Assembly (NCBI RefSeq): GCF_011386835.1 | Contig: NC_088794.1 | Coordinates: forward strand, 1,922,001 to 1,986,000 | Source: Chrysemys picta bellii | Lineage: Eukaryota | Reading direction: 5' to 3' | Length of the DNA stretch: 64,000 nt | Part shown: in pieces, positions 63,070-64,000 of the stretch | Position numbering within the stretch: the stretch's first letter is position 1 | Layout: the number at the start of each line of letters is the position of its first letter | The notes under the pieces: generated by a model | What the model saw: only the letters and a program-made list of their open reading frames with translations | What the model was told of the DNA's origin: nothing | The model's database searches: none | Position numbers and translations under genes: made by a program

Positions 63070-64000
63070 TCACCTCCAGGGCCGCCGGGCTGCGCGGGGG
63101 TCCCCGGGGGCGCTGCGGCGTGCCCCCCCGGAGGCAGCCCGGCCCCCCCGGGCCATGGGGCTAGTCCTGCGGCGCCCCCTGCCCGCCAGCCGGGGGATGC
63201 GGCTGGGCCGCTCCTCCCGCAGCACCCGCAGGCCCTTGAGGTGGTGGAGGGCGGCTGGGGGCAGGCGGGCGCTCAGCTCCCGCGCCAGCTGCAGCAGGCG
63301 GCGGTTGAGGGAACGCACAGGGTGGGCCAGCAGGGCTAGGGCGCGGCGGGGCCAGGCGGGCGGGGCAGGCAGGCGGGCAGGGTGGGGGGCGGGCACGGGC
63401 AGCCGGCTGCGGAAGTTGCCCTTGTTGGTCTTGGGGAAGAGGCGGAAGAGGCCGCCCTCGGTGACCAGCCCAAGGCCCTGCAGGGCACGGAAGGCGGGCA
63501 GGGGCAGGCCCAGCAGGACGCGCAGCCAGAGGCGCCGGGCGCGGCAGGGCAGCCCCCGCAGGGCGCCCCGGGCCAGCGCCATCAGCAGGTAGAGCGGCAG
63601 GAAGAGCCAGGGCGAGGCCAGCAGGTGGGAGGCCAGCAGGATAACGGGCACGTAGAGCCGGCCCCGGCTGGCACTCAGCCCCAGCACGCCCAGCGCCCCC
63701 GCGCCCTTGGCCAGGGCCAGGAAGGAGGCACCCGAGAGCAGGAAGAGCGAGTGGAGCAGGGCGTAGGAGACGCCCAGCCCCACCAGCGCCCCCTCCAGAG
63801 CCAGCAGCACTGCCTGGGCCCCGCCGCCCGAGCCCTGGGCCCACAGCGCCGCCAGCAGCAGCAGCAGCGCTGGCCCGCTGGGGTAGGCGGCCACCAGCAG
63901 TGCCAGCCCCGCACACACGGCGTGGGGCAGCAGGGGGGCCAGGGGGGCGGGTGCTGGCCTGGCCCCCTCCTCTCGGCCGCGCCGCAGCTCCACATAGGGG
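63070..64000 (-). CDS. TAOK2: TAOK2 alpha-isoform terminal exon, hydrophobic membrane-anchoring C-terminus (5'-partial, open beyond the window)
   Basis: LLALEGALVGLGVSY..RLWLRVLL..AFRALQGLG..LFPKTNKGNFRSRLPVP..ERPSRIPRL..RRPWR* matches the human TAOK2 isoform 1 tail (..LYPKTNKDGFRSRLPVP..ERPTRIPRL..PPWR). AATAAA (minus) at 60216-60221. Confidence 0.93.
   Translation of the reverse strand, partial: PYVELRRGREEGARPAPAPLAPLLPHAVCAGLALLVAAYPSGPALLLLLAALWAQGSGGGAQAVLLALEGALVGLGVSYALLHSLFLLSGASFLALAKGAGALGVLGLSASRGRLYVPVILLASHLLASPWLFLPLYLLMALARGALRGLPCRARRLWLRVLLGLPLPAFRALQGLGLVTEGGLFRLFPKTNKGNFRSRLPVPAPHPARLPAPPAWPRRALALLAHPVRSLNRRLLQLARELSARLPPAALHHLKGLRVLREERPSRIPRLAGRGRRRTSPMARGGRAASGGARRSAPGDPRAARRPWR

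Overview
Vertebrate genomic DNA, GC-rich and microchromosome-like, with introns dominated by VNTRs. The CR1, LTR and hAT repeat types suggest a turtle (inference). The window is orthologous to the human 16p11.2 block. Left to right: a first exon/promoter of a minus-strand gene leaving the window (ALDOA expected from synteny); an intact 3-exon CRK-family SH2-SH3-SH3 adaptor gene (-) at a position where human has no CRK gene; a 4-exon gene (-) for a 132-aa single-pass membrane protein with a Cys-rich tail, resembling human LOC112694756; a CpG-rich divergent promoter; TLCD3B (+, partial, two alternative 125-nt first coding exons); a 500-N gap; MAZ (+, exon 1 missing, two alternative C-termini); PRRT2 (+); CDIPT (-, two 1-bp indels); a second 500-N gap; and the 3' part of TAOK2 (-, alpha terminal exon plus beta exons, one indel). 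Mobile elements: two hAT MITEs, two solo LTRs with target-site duplications and two CR1 fragments. Most long ORFs in the supplied track are VNTR artefacts. All exon boundaries were derived by hand and homologies are from recalled protein sequences, not database searches. Best candidates for novelty: the probable third CRK ohnolog, the small Cys-rich membrane protein gene, and a VNTR built from RFX X-box palindromes.
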